This document shows, in pieces, positions 36,361 through 48,236 of a DNA stretch of 64,000 nucleotides. Positions within the stretch are counted from its first letter, which is position 1. Each line of letters opens with the position of its first letter. The notes beneath the pieces were generated by a model. That model was not told the origin of the DNA and searched no databases. It saw only the letters and a program-made list of their open reading frames with translations. Location: NCBI RefSeq assembly GCF_032191835.1, contig NC_083223.1, positions 258,354,001-258,418,000 on the forward strand. The letters are read 5' to 3'. The DNA comes from Heteronotia binoei (lineage: Eukaryota). Both the position numbers and the translations under genes were made by a program.

Positions 36361-36399
36361 ATGGGGGCTCCTGGAGGGAAAATCAACCGGCCGAAGACG
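36361..36399 (+). CDS. C11orf98: C11orf98 coding exon 1 ([13 protein letters not shown])
   Basis: ATG at 36361 in good context (agcagcATGG); donor ACG|GTACTG. Confidence 0.93.
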
Positions 36400-39300
36400 G
36401 TACTGGAGTGTTCTTTTTGTGGAGTGGGGGAAGGTTTAGTATTTCTTGCACGGCTTTTAGAATGATAACAGTGCTTCTCCTACTATCGTTTAGTAGCTCT
36501 TACACTAACCCTGTAAGGTAGGCCAGTGTTACAGCTACATAGTTACGTGAGAAGCCATGTTGGAGCAGGCCAATGTCCCACCCAGTCAAACACTCTGTCA
36601 TGCAGTGGCCAAAAAAAATGTCATCAGGAGGTCCACCAGTGGGGCCAGAACACTAGAAGCCCTCCCACTGTCCCCCCCCCCCCCCACAATCACGAAGAAT
36701 ACAGAGCATCACTGCCCCTGACAGAGAGTTCTAACAATACACTGTGGCTAATAGCCACTGATGGCCCTCTGCTCCAGATGTTTATCCAGTTCCCTCTTGA
36801 AACTTGCTATGCTTGTAGCCACCACCACCTCCTGTGGCACTGAATTCCATGTATTAATCACTCTTTGGGTGAAGAAGTACTTCCTTTTATCCGTTCTAAC
36901 CCAATAGCTCAGCAATTTCATTTAATGCCCATGAGTTCTTGTATTGTGAGGAAGGGAGAAAAGTACTTCTCTCTACCTTCTTTATCCTATGCATAATCTT
37001 GTAAATCTATCATGTCACCCCTCAGTCAACATTTCTCCAAGCTAAAGAGCCCCAAGTGCTTTAACCATTCTTCATAGGGAAAGTGTTCCAACCCTTTAAT
37101 CATTCTAGTTGCCCTTTTCTGCTAAAGAGTTATGGAGATAAAGAGGTTTATCATGATAAACTTTCTGAGCAAGCTCGCTTTTGAAGGACATTCAGTGAGG
37201 CAGAGAAAAGATGGGAAGAGGTACTACAGGACTGTTTCTTGAAGTCTGCTGGACTGAGTTTAGGTGTGTATGCCTTGGAGTGCTGGAACCCTTTGAGATT
37301 TTCGTTTGAAGAGCTGCCAATAGCGTAGTTCATTTAGACTCTTACTGAAACTCTTTGGGCAGCAAATTCTGGACAGAATGAAAAAAAAAGGTCCTTCGTG
37401 TGACTTTGTGGTACTTACTGCCAGAAGATGTGGTGAAGGTGGCAAATTTAGAACAGAAATCTAAACTTGTTTCAGCAATTGAGGGGGGAGCTGTGGCTCA
37501 GTGGCAGAGCATCTGCTTTTCAGGTCAAAGATCCCATGATCAGTCCCCTTCATCTCCCATTAAAAGGATCAGGTAGCGGGTTGATTAGAAAGACCTCTTA
37601 TCTAAGATCCTGGAGAGCCACTGCCAGCTTGAGTAGACAGTAGAAGAAGAAGATGATGATATTGGATTTATATCCCGCCCTCCACTCCGAAGAGTCTCAG
37701 AGCGGCTCACAATCTCCTTTATCTTCCTCCCCCACAACAGACACCCTGTGAGGTGGGTGGGGCTGGAGAGGGCTCTCACAGCAGCTGCCCTTTCAAGGAC
37801 AACCTCTGCCAGAGCTATGGCTGACCCAAGGCCATGCTAGCAGGTGCAAGTGGAGGAGTGGGGAATCAAACCTGGTTCTCCCAGATAAGAGTCCTCACAC
37901 TTAACCACTACATCAAACTGGCTCAGTACTGATCTTGATGGACCCAGGGTCTGATTCAGAATGAGGCCGCTTCATGTGTTGCAGTTATTAACCATGGAGG
38001 CTAAATGCCTTCTTATGCCCCCAGTGAATTTGTGTCAGAGGTAAGATTTGAACTGGGGGCCCTGCCTTACATTTTCACAATCGCTGTATGAAAATTTCTA
38101 AATCCAGATTTAGGCCCTCTCTTTGCAAGCAGCAGCCCTTGCTTTTGAGCGCATTCCACCCATTAGGATTTGACTTGCTGGTTCAGAGGGTTTGTGTCTG
38201 ATGTTCACATAATCTGTCTGTCGGACTTAGGAGCTGCAGAAGAAACTTTTCAAAAGACGCCGCGTTTTGAGCAAGCAGAAGAGAAAGAAACACCGGATTG
38301 TGGGCGCCGTGGTGGATGAGGGGCTCATCACCGTCCACCACTTGAAGAAACGCTGGTGAGTTGTGCTTAGCCTGGGATCCTGGCTCTGTGGAAGTTCTCT
38401 GCTGGAAAGCTTGGGAAGGACTAGGGATCAAGTTGCAAGGGCAGGGTGACTGCAGCTTGGATTTTATCCTGAGCCCCTGGGGATAGCTCTGCTGGTGTGT
38501 GAAGCAGGATGAGACCTTGGATATTCATTGCCTCCTCTCACTGAAGAGTTTCCTTGCACGATGTCTTCCTGGCCTCTCTTCTAGCTCCAGCTCTCGATCT
38601 AACATCACTCTTTCGGGGAAGAAGAGGAGGAAACTGCTGAAGCAGCTCCGCCATACTGCGAAGGAGATGGTTGCCATGCAAGGTAAGCCTCACTCCCTTG
38701 GGAGGAGCCTGGGAAGAGGACCCCAGTCCCTTGGGCACAGGGATTTGGCTGGTCCCAGGGAGGGGAAACTCTGTCCTAGAAGTCCTCATTGAGTGCTAAG
38801 GATGGTGAGACCTGGAGGGAACAGTCCTTTCTAGGGGTTTTTTTTTTAGCAGGAACGCACAGGAACACTGGCCTGGCACCAGGGGGTGTGGCCTAATATG
38901 CAAATGAGTTCCTGCTGGGTGAAACAATGGTGATGTCAGAGGGGGGCCTAACATGCAAATGAGTTCCTACTGGGCTTTTTCTACAAAAAAAGCCCTGGTC
39001 CTTTCTCTTTTTTTGAGAGCCAGTTTGGTGTAGTGGTAAAATGCGTGGACTCTTATTTGGGAGAACGGGGTTTGATCCCCCACTCCTCCACTTGCAGCTG
39101 CTGTAATGGCTTTGGGTCAGCCATAGCTCTCGTAGGAGCAGTCCTTGAAAGGGCAGCTTCTGGGAGAGCTCTCTCAGTCTTACCCACCTCACAGGGTGTC
39201 TGCTGTGGGGGAAGAAGGTAAAGGAGATTGTGAGCTGCTCTGAGACTCTGAGATTCAGAGTATAGGGTGGGATATAAATCCAATATCATCTTCTACCCAG

Positions 39301-41574
39301 TACATAGTTCCAGCCCCAGTTTCTGCAACTTCAGCTGTGGTAGAATCATTTATTTATTTATTTTAATTTATATCCGCCCTACCCCGCCGAATCATAAAAT
39401 CACAGAGTTGGAAGGGGCCATACCGGTTATCTAGTCCAACTCTCTGCTGCACAGAATCAGCCTAAAGCATCCCTGACAAGCATTGCTTGAGCCGCAGGGG
39501 ACACTTCTTACCTTTCTGTCCTGTTATTTAAACCCATTATTGCGAGTTCTATCCTCTGCCGCCAAAAGAACAGAGAACATAAGAGAAGCCATGTTGGATC
39601 AGGCCAATGGCCCATCCAGTCCAACATTCTGTTTCACATGGTGGTCCAAAAACCACAGGTGCCATCAGGAGGTCCACCAGTGGGGCCAGGACGCTAAAAG
39701 GAATAGCTTCCTGCTCTCCTCAAAGTGACAGCCTCTCAAATACTGAAAGAGGCTGAACATGCAAAGCTTCACCATAGTTCTTCTGTATATTTTGGATTGC
39801 AGTCAGATTAGTCGTGAATGCTTGAAGTTGCCTTACCCACTGGGCCAGCCAGCCCTTTAATGACTGCTCTGCCTGGTGCTGGCTCTTTGGCGACTGGGGC
39901 AGAGAAAAGCTATTTGCTGTGATTGATCCCTGAGATACTTCTGGCTGGAGGCACCAAGGATTCCACCTGGGCCTTTCTCAGTACGGCAGATGCTCTTAGG
40001 AAGGTGAACTGATGTGATGATGAACTAGTCCTTATCCAAGTGCATTTTGCAACATTCGTTTATCGTTACCTTGTGTGCTATACATGGGCTTGTAAAGATC
40101 TACATTTAGCAGAGAGAGCCGGATAGAAAGAGAGGTCAGGAATTATGAAGATAGGGGAAATGGATAAGGCTGTTAGTTTGTACTGAAAGGGGAACTAAAC
40201 TGGGGATGGGACAATTAGAGGGAAGCTCCCAGTTCCCTTGTGATGGAGAGGGGACATAAGAGAAGCCAAGTTGGATCAGGCCAGTGGCCCATCCAGTCCA
40301 ATACTCGTGTCACACAGTGGCCAAAAAACCAGGCGCCATCAAGAGGTCCATCAGTGGGGCCAGGACACCAGAAGCCTTCCCACTGTTGCCCCCTCCAAGC
40401 ACCAAGAATACAGAGCATCACTGCCCCAGACAGAGAGTTTCAACAATAAGCTGTGGCTAATAGCCACTGATACACCTCTGCTCCATGTGTTTATCCAATC
40501 CCCTCTTGGAAGCTGGCTATGCTTGTAGCTGCCGCCACCTTCTTTGGCAGTGAATTCCATGTGTTAATCACCCTTTGGAAGCCAGTTTGGGTTGAGAGCC
40601 AGTTTGGTGTAGTGGTTAAGCGTGAAAACTCTTATCTAGGAGAAGGGTTTGATTCCCCACTCCTCCACTTGCACCTGCTGGAATGGCCTTGGGTCAGCCA
40701 TAGCTTTCACAGGAGTTGTCCTTGAAAGGGCAGTTTCTGGGAGAGCTCTCTCAGCCCCACCCGCCTCACAGGGTGTCCATTGTGCGGGGGAAGGTAGAGG
40801 AGATTGTGAGCTGCTCTGAGACTCTGAGATTCAAAGTATAGGGTAGGATATAAATCCAATATATTCTTTTTTAATCTGTTCTTATATCAGAACCAGTTTG
40901 ATGGATCACCAAAGCTCAAAGGTCGCCATCTGGGTCTGCTAGGGAAAACTTCCTAAGCTGCGAGGGCACATTGTCTTTTATTAAGAGCCGTGAAACATCT
41001 TTAAGTAGTGAGCAGATTTCTGAGTTTCTCAGAGCCTCGTGGAACTCAGACGCTTTAGGCATTTTAGCGGAATGGCACTTCCGCTGTTTGGGAAATGCAG
41101 AGGAGGGCTGGGCCTAGCTTGAAGGGTGAGTTGGGTTTGAGGCACAGAGGGGGACCTGCCTGTTCCTAATTCCTTCTCTACATCCTCGTTGCAGTTGATG
41201 TGTCTCCTGGTCCAAGTAAAAAACCCCGGCGCAGGAAGGGGAAAAGAGAAAGAATGCAAGAAAAGTTTGCAGCCAGCCTGGATATAGAGATGGTAGAAGT
41301 GGCGCCAATCGCAGAGAGCGTGGAGCCGGTTGTGGAAAGCGTGGAGCCGGTCGCGGAGAGCATGGAGCCGGTCGCGGAGAGCGTGGAGCCGGTCGCGGAG
41401 AGCGTGGAGCCGGTCGCGGAGAGCGTGGAGCCGGTCGCGGAGAGCGTGGAGCCGGTCGCGGAGAGCGTGGAGCCGGTTGCGGAGAGCGTGGAGCCGGTTG
41501 CGGAGAGCGTGAAGCCGGTTGCGGAGAGCTTGGAGCTAGTCACAGAAAGTGTGGAGCCAGTCACAGAGAGCTGA
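36361..41574 (+). CDS. C11orf98: C11orf98 orthologue, 4 coding exons: 36361-36399, 38231-38355, 38585-38682, 41195-41574; 213 aa
   Basis: Spliced translation [13 protein letters not shown]|[42 protein letters not shown]|[32 protein letters not shown]|[10 protein letters not shown]...DIEMVEV matches recalled human C11orf98 ([26 protein letters not shown]...[13 protein letters not shown]...DVEM). All introns are GT-AG, phases 0/2/1 are compatible, total 642 nt ending in TGA. AATAAA at 42260-42265. Confidence 0.95.
36545..37122 (-). mobile_element. CR1 LINE 3' fragment in C11orf98 intron 1 (other 3' UTR pieces near 13915-14160, 25041-25286, 39570-39700, 40250-40575, 43660-43870, 52615-53580, 54025-54144)
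   Basis: Reverse complement of the 29716-30815 family's 3' end. Confidence 0.85.
38231..38355 (+). CDS. C11orf98: C11orf98 coding exon 2
   Basis: Acceptor cttag|GAG, donor TG|GTGAGT; encodes [13 protein letters not shown]...HHLKKR. Confidence 0.95.
38585..38682 (+). CDS. C11orf98: C11orf98 coding exon 3
   Basis: Acceptor ctcttctag|C, donor CAAG|GTAAGC; encodes [22 protein letters not shown]. Confidence 0.95.
39015..39293 (+). mobile_element. Squam3-like SINE in C11orf98 intron 3
   Basis: Full-length family match. Confidence 0.8.
41195..41574 (+). CDS. C11orf98: C11orf98 terminal coding exon with repeat-expanded tail
   Basis: Acceptor ctcgttgcag|TT, frame-compatible with exon 3; the DIEM motif precedes the repeats. 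Confidence 0.85.
41311..41571 (+). repeat. Coding minisatellite, 21-bp unit (gcggagagcgtggagccggtc), 12 full units plus a partial; encodes (AESVEPV)n
   Basis: Directly visible tandem array, in frame with C11orf98. Confidence 0.97.
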
Positions 41575-42634
41575 AATCTCCCCCCAAAGTCTTGCAGTCA
41601 GTTTCCATGGCCCCTTTCTTGTGACTGCAGCTGCTGGCAGGAATCTGGGGGCTGGAGGAAATGGATCATGGCCCAGCTCAGTGCCAGAAACTTTAGAGTG
41701 ACTTGGAGTCTTTGTGGAGACGCGTTTTCCCACTTGAGAGAGCTGCAACTTTGCAGCCTTGCTTCCTTGCATGGCCACCTCTGCTCCTGTTGCCACCCCA
41801 AGCAGGGAGAACACAGTGCAGAAGGAAGCATTCCCCCACATGCAACAGCGCAAGGGGGGAGGCCTCCTATGTCTCTGTGTTCCCATTAGCTCCGGCCCGC
41901 AGCAGCGCTTCCTTCTCTGAAGCCCATTGGAACTGGGGTGGTTGAGGGGAGATGAGGGGTGCACCGTGTGGCATTCCTGCCGATTTGGTGCCTCAAATGA
42001 CCCCATTGGTGATCTGTCCCTGGCTGCTCCTTCCTTCCTGTTGTGCCAGGGAAGGACTGTGGGTTCTCCACGCTTCAAAGTACCGGTAATACGTCTTGGA
42101 ATGGCAGGAATCAGCATAGTCCTTAGTACAAAGAGTGTGCATGAAACAGAATAACTGAGGGCTGAACTGACCTTGCCTGACTCTCCAAATATCCTGGCTG
42201 CATGGAGAAGACTGGAATGGGATGTAGAATGGGAAGGGGGGAACCAAACCTGTCCTCCCAATAAACATCCTTCCTCTTTTCATACCTTCAGCCTGTATGT
42301 CCTCAAGACCCTGGATGTTTTGTCAGTAAAATGGCCAGGATCCACAGGGGTGTGTGTTGGCTTCTCTTTATCCCTGATAGTGGAAAAAAAAACAATGGGT
42401 ATTGGGAGGGTGGGGGAAGGTGGGGCTGGTTCTGGATTCAAAAGGAAGAAATCAAACATTGGGCTGGAAATCAAACATTGCTACAGAGGATGCTAAGACA
42501 AAAAGAAGCAGGATGATTCTGCAAATTTTTCCTATTTATTTAAAATGTTTATTACCCACCTGTCTGCCTTATAGTTCAAGGTGGTTTATAATAAATTAGA
42601 CTGGTGCTTTGGGAATCCAGATTCAGATTAAAGC

Positions 42635-42784
42635 TAGCAGGAACTCCTTTGCATATTAGGCCAAACACCCCTGACATAGCCAATTCTCCAAGAGCTTATA
42701 GGGCTCTTACAGGGCCTACTATAAGCTCCAAGAGGATTGGCTACATTGGGGTGTGTGGTGTAATATGCAAAGTTGCTCCTGCTA
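42635..42784. mobile_element. Palindromic MITE-like repeat with ATGCAAA(T) motifs (related half-copies near 510-610, 13185-13380, 24315-24500, 38840-39000)
   Basis: TAGCAGGAACTCCTTTGCATATTAGGCC...TAATATGCAAAGTTGCTCCTGCTA forms a self-complementary hairpin. Confidence 0.65.
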
Positions 42785-45700
42785 CGAAAACCTGCAGTTA
42801 GGTTTTTGCCAGCTGCCTGGAGGAAGAATTGTTCTTCTCCTTTAACAGGGATGTTGTTTAGCAGCTGATGTTTACTTCCATACCATGAAAAGCATTGGGT
42901 GCCCCATTTCCACATATAATATACTCTCATACCCCCATTTCCACATATTAAGACTCTATTATACTCTCCAGGCTTGTTAGCAACCCCTAGATATTTAGCT
43001 TCGTGCCATAAAAATTATCAGCATCCCATTTCAACATACTAAGCTATCTAAAGAAGAGGGGGTTTCGTGGCTCATTAAGAGCCTTTCTCTTACAGTAAAT
43101 GCACACATTAAAAAAGACTTCTAACAGCTACAATTGCCAGCATCCTGGAGAAAGTGTCCTATCCCTTTAGCAGAAGGGTGTTACAAATTCATAAGGGGAT
43201 GTTATCTACCTCCAGGCCACGAAAAGCTTTAGCTGGCCATTTCCACACCTTAAGCCTATTAAAGGAGCGAGACCTTTTGCATTCTTCTACAATCAACTTG
43301 TATTGACCATTGCAAAAACAATTACAATCATTTTTTCCCTTCCAGGCAATTGGCACCCCTGTCAATATCAGCGGCGGGGAAAGTGGGGCTTGCCAGAGCA
43401 GCGGCAGAGAGAGTGGGGGCTGCCAGAGCGGGGGGGGGGGCTCTATCGAAAATTTTATTCCGTGGGCCCCCCACCTAAAATTTTCTGGCTATGGGCCTGC
43501 TTGATAACTACTGCAGATTAAAATGATGTTAAAGTAACAGATAAGAGGGACCAGTTTAAAAGCTGGTAATCCCATACAAGAGACTGGTATGTCTTCTACT
43601 GATCTAGGGAGACTTCTGGGTCATTGATCCTTTGGGGTGCAGAAATTCCCTTACCTGGCCAAAAAACCTAGGTGCCATCAGGAGGTCCATCAGTGGGGCC
43701 AGGACACTAGAAGCCCTCCCACTGTTGCCCCCCAAAGCACCAAGAATAAGCATCACTGCCCAAGGAGAGTTCCATCAACAGCCTGTAGTTAATAGCCACT
43801 GATGGACCTCTGCTCCAGAAGTAGCTCCAGTCCCCTCTTGAAGCTGGCTATGCTTGTAGCTGCCACCAACGTTTTAGTCCAATGGCACCTTTGAGATCAA
43901 CAAAGATGTTTTCCAGGTATAAGCTTTCATTTGCACACATGCTTTAGCAGATACACTGAAATATCCACTTCAATGTATCTGAAAAAGTGCATGCACAAGA
44001 AAGCTTAGTTCTTCAGTTTGGAACTGAAGCAAGAGCTGAGAACTTGGGAGTTCTCCAAGCTTGGAGGTGCCGCCTTGGAGGGAGCAGCGCCGCTTTGGAG
44101 GAAATTTACCTGGTGCAGGATTTGCAGACATGCTGTTCACAGGAGTACTGGCTTCTATGCTAAATACAACAAATATTACAAACAGCACCAGTCGTTCTTT
44201 ACAGCTGTCTTATTTGAAGGAAATTCCAACTGCTAGTGCGGCCAGTGAAGCAAAAAAGTGAACACACGATAAGGATACAGCAAAAACCAAAACAAACTGC
44301 AACCAATTTATCTTATACAACTGAAAGTCTCTTATGATGCAATTCATATAAACCAATAAATGGATATAGGTATATAAAATATCATTACACCTCAATACCA
44401 AATATTTATGAATTGTACAGAAATATCGTCATAGTGCTGAATATATGTGTCAGAATCAAAATGAAACTCGAAGATGGACTTCCCATTTCAAAATATAAAG
44501 ACTTGCTTTCAATACTGATATATTATGAAAACACCTTAAAGATGAAGAAGATGATGATGAAGATATTGGATTTATATCCCGCCCTCCACTCCGAAGAGTC
44601 TCAGAGCGGCTCACAATCTTCTTTACCTTCCTCCCCCACAACAAACACCCTGTGAGGTGGGTGGGGCTGGAGAGGGCTCTCACAGCAGCTGCCTTTTCAA
44701 GGACAACTTCTGCCAGAGCTATGGCTGACCCAAGGCCATGCTAGCAGGTGCAAGTGGAGGAGTGGGGAATCAAACCCGGTTCTCCCAGATAAGAGTCTGC
44801 ACACTTAACCACTACACCAAACTGGCTCTCCTGAACAAAGGGTCATACACAGATTTTATAGGGAACTGGAAGAGAATTAGCTCCATACCAAAAGCAATTA
44901 TCCATCCTTCTATATGGGGTTTAAGTACTCTATTCAGAGTCATCCTAGTTTGGCCATTCAGTAATTCTCCCCCTGGGTGGATCCTTCCTCTTCTGACCAG
45001 AGCCTATGCGAATCCCCTTTCTGCAAAGTAGGCTCAGGCTCCCACACCTTGTCCTGGGAAAGCGGAGGTAACTTCCCCCACCCATCAACAGCTCTGGGTT
45101 CCGGGTATTCCTGTGATCTGCAAGAGGCACTTCAGAACAGGAGGAGCCTTGCAGGGTTGGACCTTCCTCTCCACTCCCCTTTTCAGCAAAGGCCAGCTAG
45201 ATTCCTTCAGGATACCCACAAGCTGAATATGCCCTCCTGCAGATGGGTAGACTGCCTCAGAATTGGGAGGATGTCTGGCTCCTGGCTTTATTCATTTTTA
45301 GGAATTGTGGGGTGGGGTGTGTGTTCCTTTTCTATAGGGCAGACTGCTGCTATTTGAATGTTCTGCAGCTTTTATCCAGGTAGATATTACCTTTATTAAG
45401 GCAAAAGGGAACTTTCCTGCTTCCCCCTTCCAATTGCAGCTCACTGATCTTGGAGATGCTGCTGGGGGGAGGGGCGGGAATTCACCAGAGGAATAACTTG
45501 GAAGGGGAGGATCTGCAGTGGGAAAGGGAAACCGGTGGAAACTGCCAGTCTAGTCTGGATCTAACCCTTTGTGATTGCCTCAAGTGTTTTTAAATGGAGT
45601 ATGAAGATCACAAAGCTACTTAAAAGCTGCATTTCCCAATGCCCCATCCCAACTGGTAAGGGTGGAAATATGCCTTTGCTTAGGCTAGCCATGTTGCCCT

Positions 45701-46163
45701 TTTTCGGTCGTTTTGGGATTAGAGACAATGACTTTCTTTCTTCAGGTCCCCTAGAGGGACTAGTTATTATGGGCTATCCTTTCCTAGGAATTTGGCTGGC
45801 ACGATTTCACTTTAACTGGCTGATCTGCTTTTTGTAAAAACAAACAAACAAAAAAACCTAGTGAACTTGATTTTCTTGTTGGGAAATCTGGCACTGCTGC
45901 ACTCCTCCCGGTTAACCGAGATGCATAAAATTTGGATTGCGGACAGCCAAGGACTGCCAGTGCTGGAGAAACAAAGGGAGAGGAAGAAAATACGAGTCTG
46001 GAGGAGGAGGCGGGAATCCTCGCTCCTTTTCTCGCGCCATTTCTCCTTTGCGGTTCCTGAGCTGCCGGGAACGTCCCACCCCTTTGAAAAACGGCTCCAG
46101 GAGGAAACACGGAGACAGAAACGCCCCGGAAACAGCCGAGAATCGAAAGGGGTTAACGGAAGT

Positions 46164-46201
46164 GCCGTGCATCATGGGAAAGGGGGCGGACGTATGCAGA
46201 T
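46164..46201 (+). promoter_or_regulatory. U2 copy 1 distal sequence element (SPH/ZNF143 site, GC box, octamer variant)
   Basis: Reverse-oriented TTCCCATGATGCACGGC, then GGGGCGG, then ATGCAGAT, at about -260 to -220 from the U2 start. Confidence 0.8.
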
Positions 46202-46360
46202 CACCGAGCCCGGCATTCCAAGCGGTGAAATTGACAAAACCGCCTTTCAGGAGGCGGCTGACCGGGAAGGCGGGAAGAGCGGCGGCTTCGGAATGCAGCG
46301 GGCGGCCTCCTGGCCCCGGCTGAGCTGGCTGCGGCCTTCGGCACGCGAGGCTGGGGGTGG

Positions 46361-46380
46361 CTCGCTTAACCTGGAAGCCT
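46361..46380 (+). promoter_or_regulatory. U2 copy 1 proximal sequence element (PSE)
   Basis: CTCGCTTAACCTGGAAGCCT at about -61 to -42; PSE-like sequence at the expected position, conserved in copy 2. Confidence 0.6.
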
Positions 46381-46421
46381 ATCGGGTCGCTAGGGAAGGC
46401 ACTTTCGGGGAGCTTTGCGGT

Positions 46422-46608
46422 ATCGCTTCTCGGCCTTTTGGCTAAGATCAAGTGTAGTATCTGTTCTTATCAGTTTAATATCTGATACGTCCTCTATCTG
46501 AGGACTATATATTAAATGGATTTTTGGGACTGGGAGATGGAATAGGGGCTTGCTCCGTCCACTCCACGCATCGACCTGGTATTGCAGTACCTCCAGGAAC
46601 GGTGCACC
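46422..46608 (+). ncRNA. RNU2: U2 spliceosomal snRNA gene, copy 1
   Basis: Full length ATCGCTTCTCGGCC...GGTGCACC; branch-point recognition GTAGTA and Sm site ATTTTTG intact. Differences from recalled human U2 (C78U, A85U, 107-110 AGCA>GACU, A126G) fall in a loop, in linkers, or keep a G-U pair. DSE, PSE and 3' box are present. Confidence 0.98.
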
Positions 46609-46631
46609 TCCCCCCGGGGAGAATATTGATG

Positions 46632-46644
46632 GTTCAAAAACAGA
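46632..46644 (+). terminator. U2 copy 1 3' box
   Basis: GTTCAAAAACAGA, 23 nt after the U2 end; matches the GTTYN(0-3)AAARRYAGA-type consensus. Confidence 0.85.
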
Positions 46645-47752
46645 CTGGAAAAAATCAATTTTATCTCTTTAACCTTTTTATCTTTTGCATTTTTCTTCCT
46701 ATTAATAAGTACACAGAGGGTTGGACTAGATGACCATAGAGGTCCCTTCCTGTATTATTCTGAAGATCCTTCCTATGTAGAGTGCTGAAATAACTCTTGC
46801 TGAAATCAGTTTTTCTCTGAAGCGATCACTTTCTGCCCAGGGTTGGGCTGGAGACAGAGAGGCTTCTTCTACAGAGGAGACCAGGAGCGGGGGCTGGCTG
46901 TGGAGGAGGGGGCGCTCACAGCATGGGCTTCTTGCCTGCCCCGCGGGCCGGAGAACCGGCACTCTGCTTCCCCGAAGAGTCTCAGAGCGGCTCACAATCT
47001 CCTTTACCTTCCTCCGCCACAACAGACACCCTGTGAGGTGGGTGGGGCTGGAGAGGGCTCTCACAGCAGCTGCCCTTTCAAGGACAACCTCTGCCAGAGC
47101 TATGGCAGACCCAAGGCCATTCCAGCAGGTGCAAGTGGAGGAGTGGGGAATCAAACCCGGTTCTCCCAGATAAGAGTCCGCACACTTAACCACTACACCA
47201 AACTGGCTCTCCAGCCAGTTTGAAGGCTCCAGCCCAGCGCTCCCCCCACCCCGCCCCCCATCAACCATCAGCTCTGGCTGGGGCTGCTGCAGCGGCTCTC
47301 TCTTATTTTCATGGCCTCATTTTGGGCCCCGCGGCCCCACCACTTTTCCCATGCCCCCCTAACATTTTCCAGCTAGGAGCCTGAGGGTCCCACGAATGTT
47401 TGGGAGGGTAAGGAAGCTATTTCAGTTTAAATCTATTTAGATTTAAGGACACCACACCTCAAATCAACTAAACGCTTCTATGTCCGGCTCAGTTAAGGCC
47501 TCAAGAGGCAGACCTCAGGGACTTAGTCCTGAATCCCACCATTCTATTGCACCACCACCTCGTGCCTATTATGAAAAAGAGTCGGGAGTCCCTTTTCTGT
47601 TGGAGCAAATAAGTTTATAACAGTTAAGACAAAACCACTTGAGTGTGAAAAGTTAAGAGGAAACGGGGAGAAATGAAAATAACCAGTAAGTGGGGGGGGG
47701 GGGGGGGGACGAAAGAGAGAGAAAAGTAACTTACAACAGAGAAATTTCTCAG

Positions 47753-47765
47753 TCTGTTTTTGAAC
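47753..47765 (-). terminator. U2 copy 2 3' box
   Basis: Reverse complement reads GTTCAAAAACAGA. Confidence 0.85.
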
Positions 47766-47788
47766 CATCGATATTCTCCCCGGGGGGA

Positions 47789-47975
47789 GGTGCACCGTTC
47801 CTGGAGGTACTGCAATACCAGGTCGATGCGTGGAGTGGACGGAGCAAGCCCCTATTCCATCTCCCAGTCCCAAAAATCCATTTAATATATAGTCCTCAGA
47901 TAGAGGACGTATCAGATATTAAACTGATAAGAACAGATACTACACTTGATCTTAGCCAAAAGGCCGAGAAGCGAT
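47789..47975 (-). ncRNA. RNU2: U2 spliceosomal snRNA gene, copy 2 (identical to copy 1)
   Basis: Exact reverse complement of 46422-46608, with its own DSE, PSE and 3' box. Confidence 0.98.
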
Positions 47976-48016
47976 ACCGCAAAGCTCCCCGAAAGTGCCC
48001 TCCCTAGCGACCCGAT

Positions 48017-48236
48017 AGGCTTCCAGGTTAAGCGAGCCACCTGCCAGCCTCGCGTGCCGAAGGCCGCAGCCAGCTCAGCCGGGGCCAGGAGGCCGCCCGC
48101 TGCATTCCGAAGCCGCCGCTCTTCCCGCCTTCCCGGTCAGCCGCCTCCTGAAAGGCGGTTTTGTCAATTTCACCGCTTGGAATGCCGGGCTCGGTGATCT
48201 GCATACGTCCGCCCCCTTTCCCATGATGGACGGCAC
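48017..48236 (-). promoter_or_regulatory. U2 copy 2 promoter (PSE 48017-48036; DSE 48197-48236)
   Basis: Near-identical reverse complement of the copy 1 promoter. Confidence 0.75.

Larger units (their letters stand above)
44881..46647 (+). repeat. Left arm of the inverted duplication carrying U2
   Basis: Reverse-complement homology to 47750-49719, visible in several blocks (e.g. 45541-45790 vs 48430-48690; 44881-44990 vs 49610-49719). Confidence 0.85.

Noticed and set aside
39015-39090. tRNA genes at SINE heads
   Set aside because: A/B-box heads of Squam3-like and Sauria SINEs; no complete cloverleaf.
40014-40120. C/D box snoRNA starting at GTGATGA in C11orf98 intron 3
   Set aside because: No CTGA D box with a terminal stem at a plausible distance.
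41311-41571. CRISPR-like array
   Set aside because: Head-to-tail 21-bp units with no spacers, in a eukaryotic coding exon.
41536-42261. 241-aa antisense ORF over the C11orf98 3' UTR
   Set aside because: Non-ATG start, no recognisable domain, antisense to a real gene.
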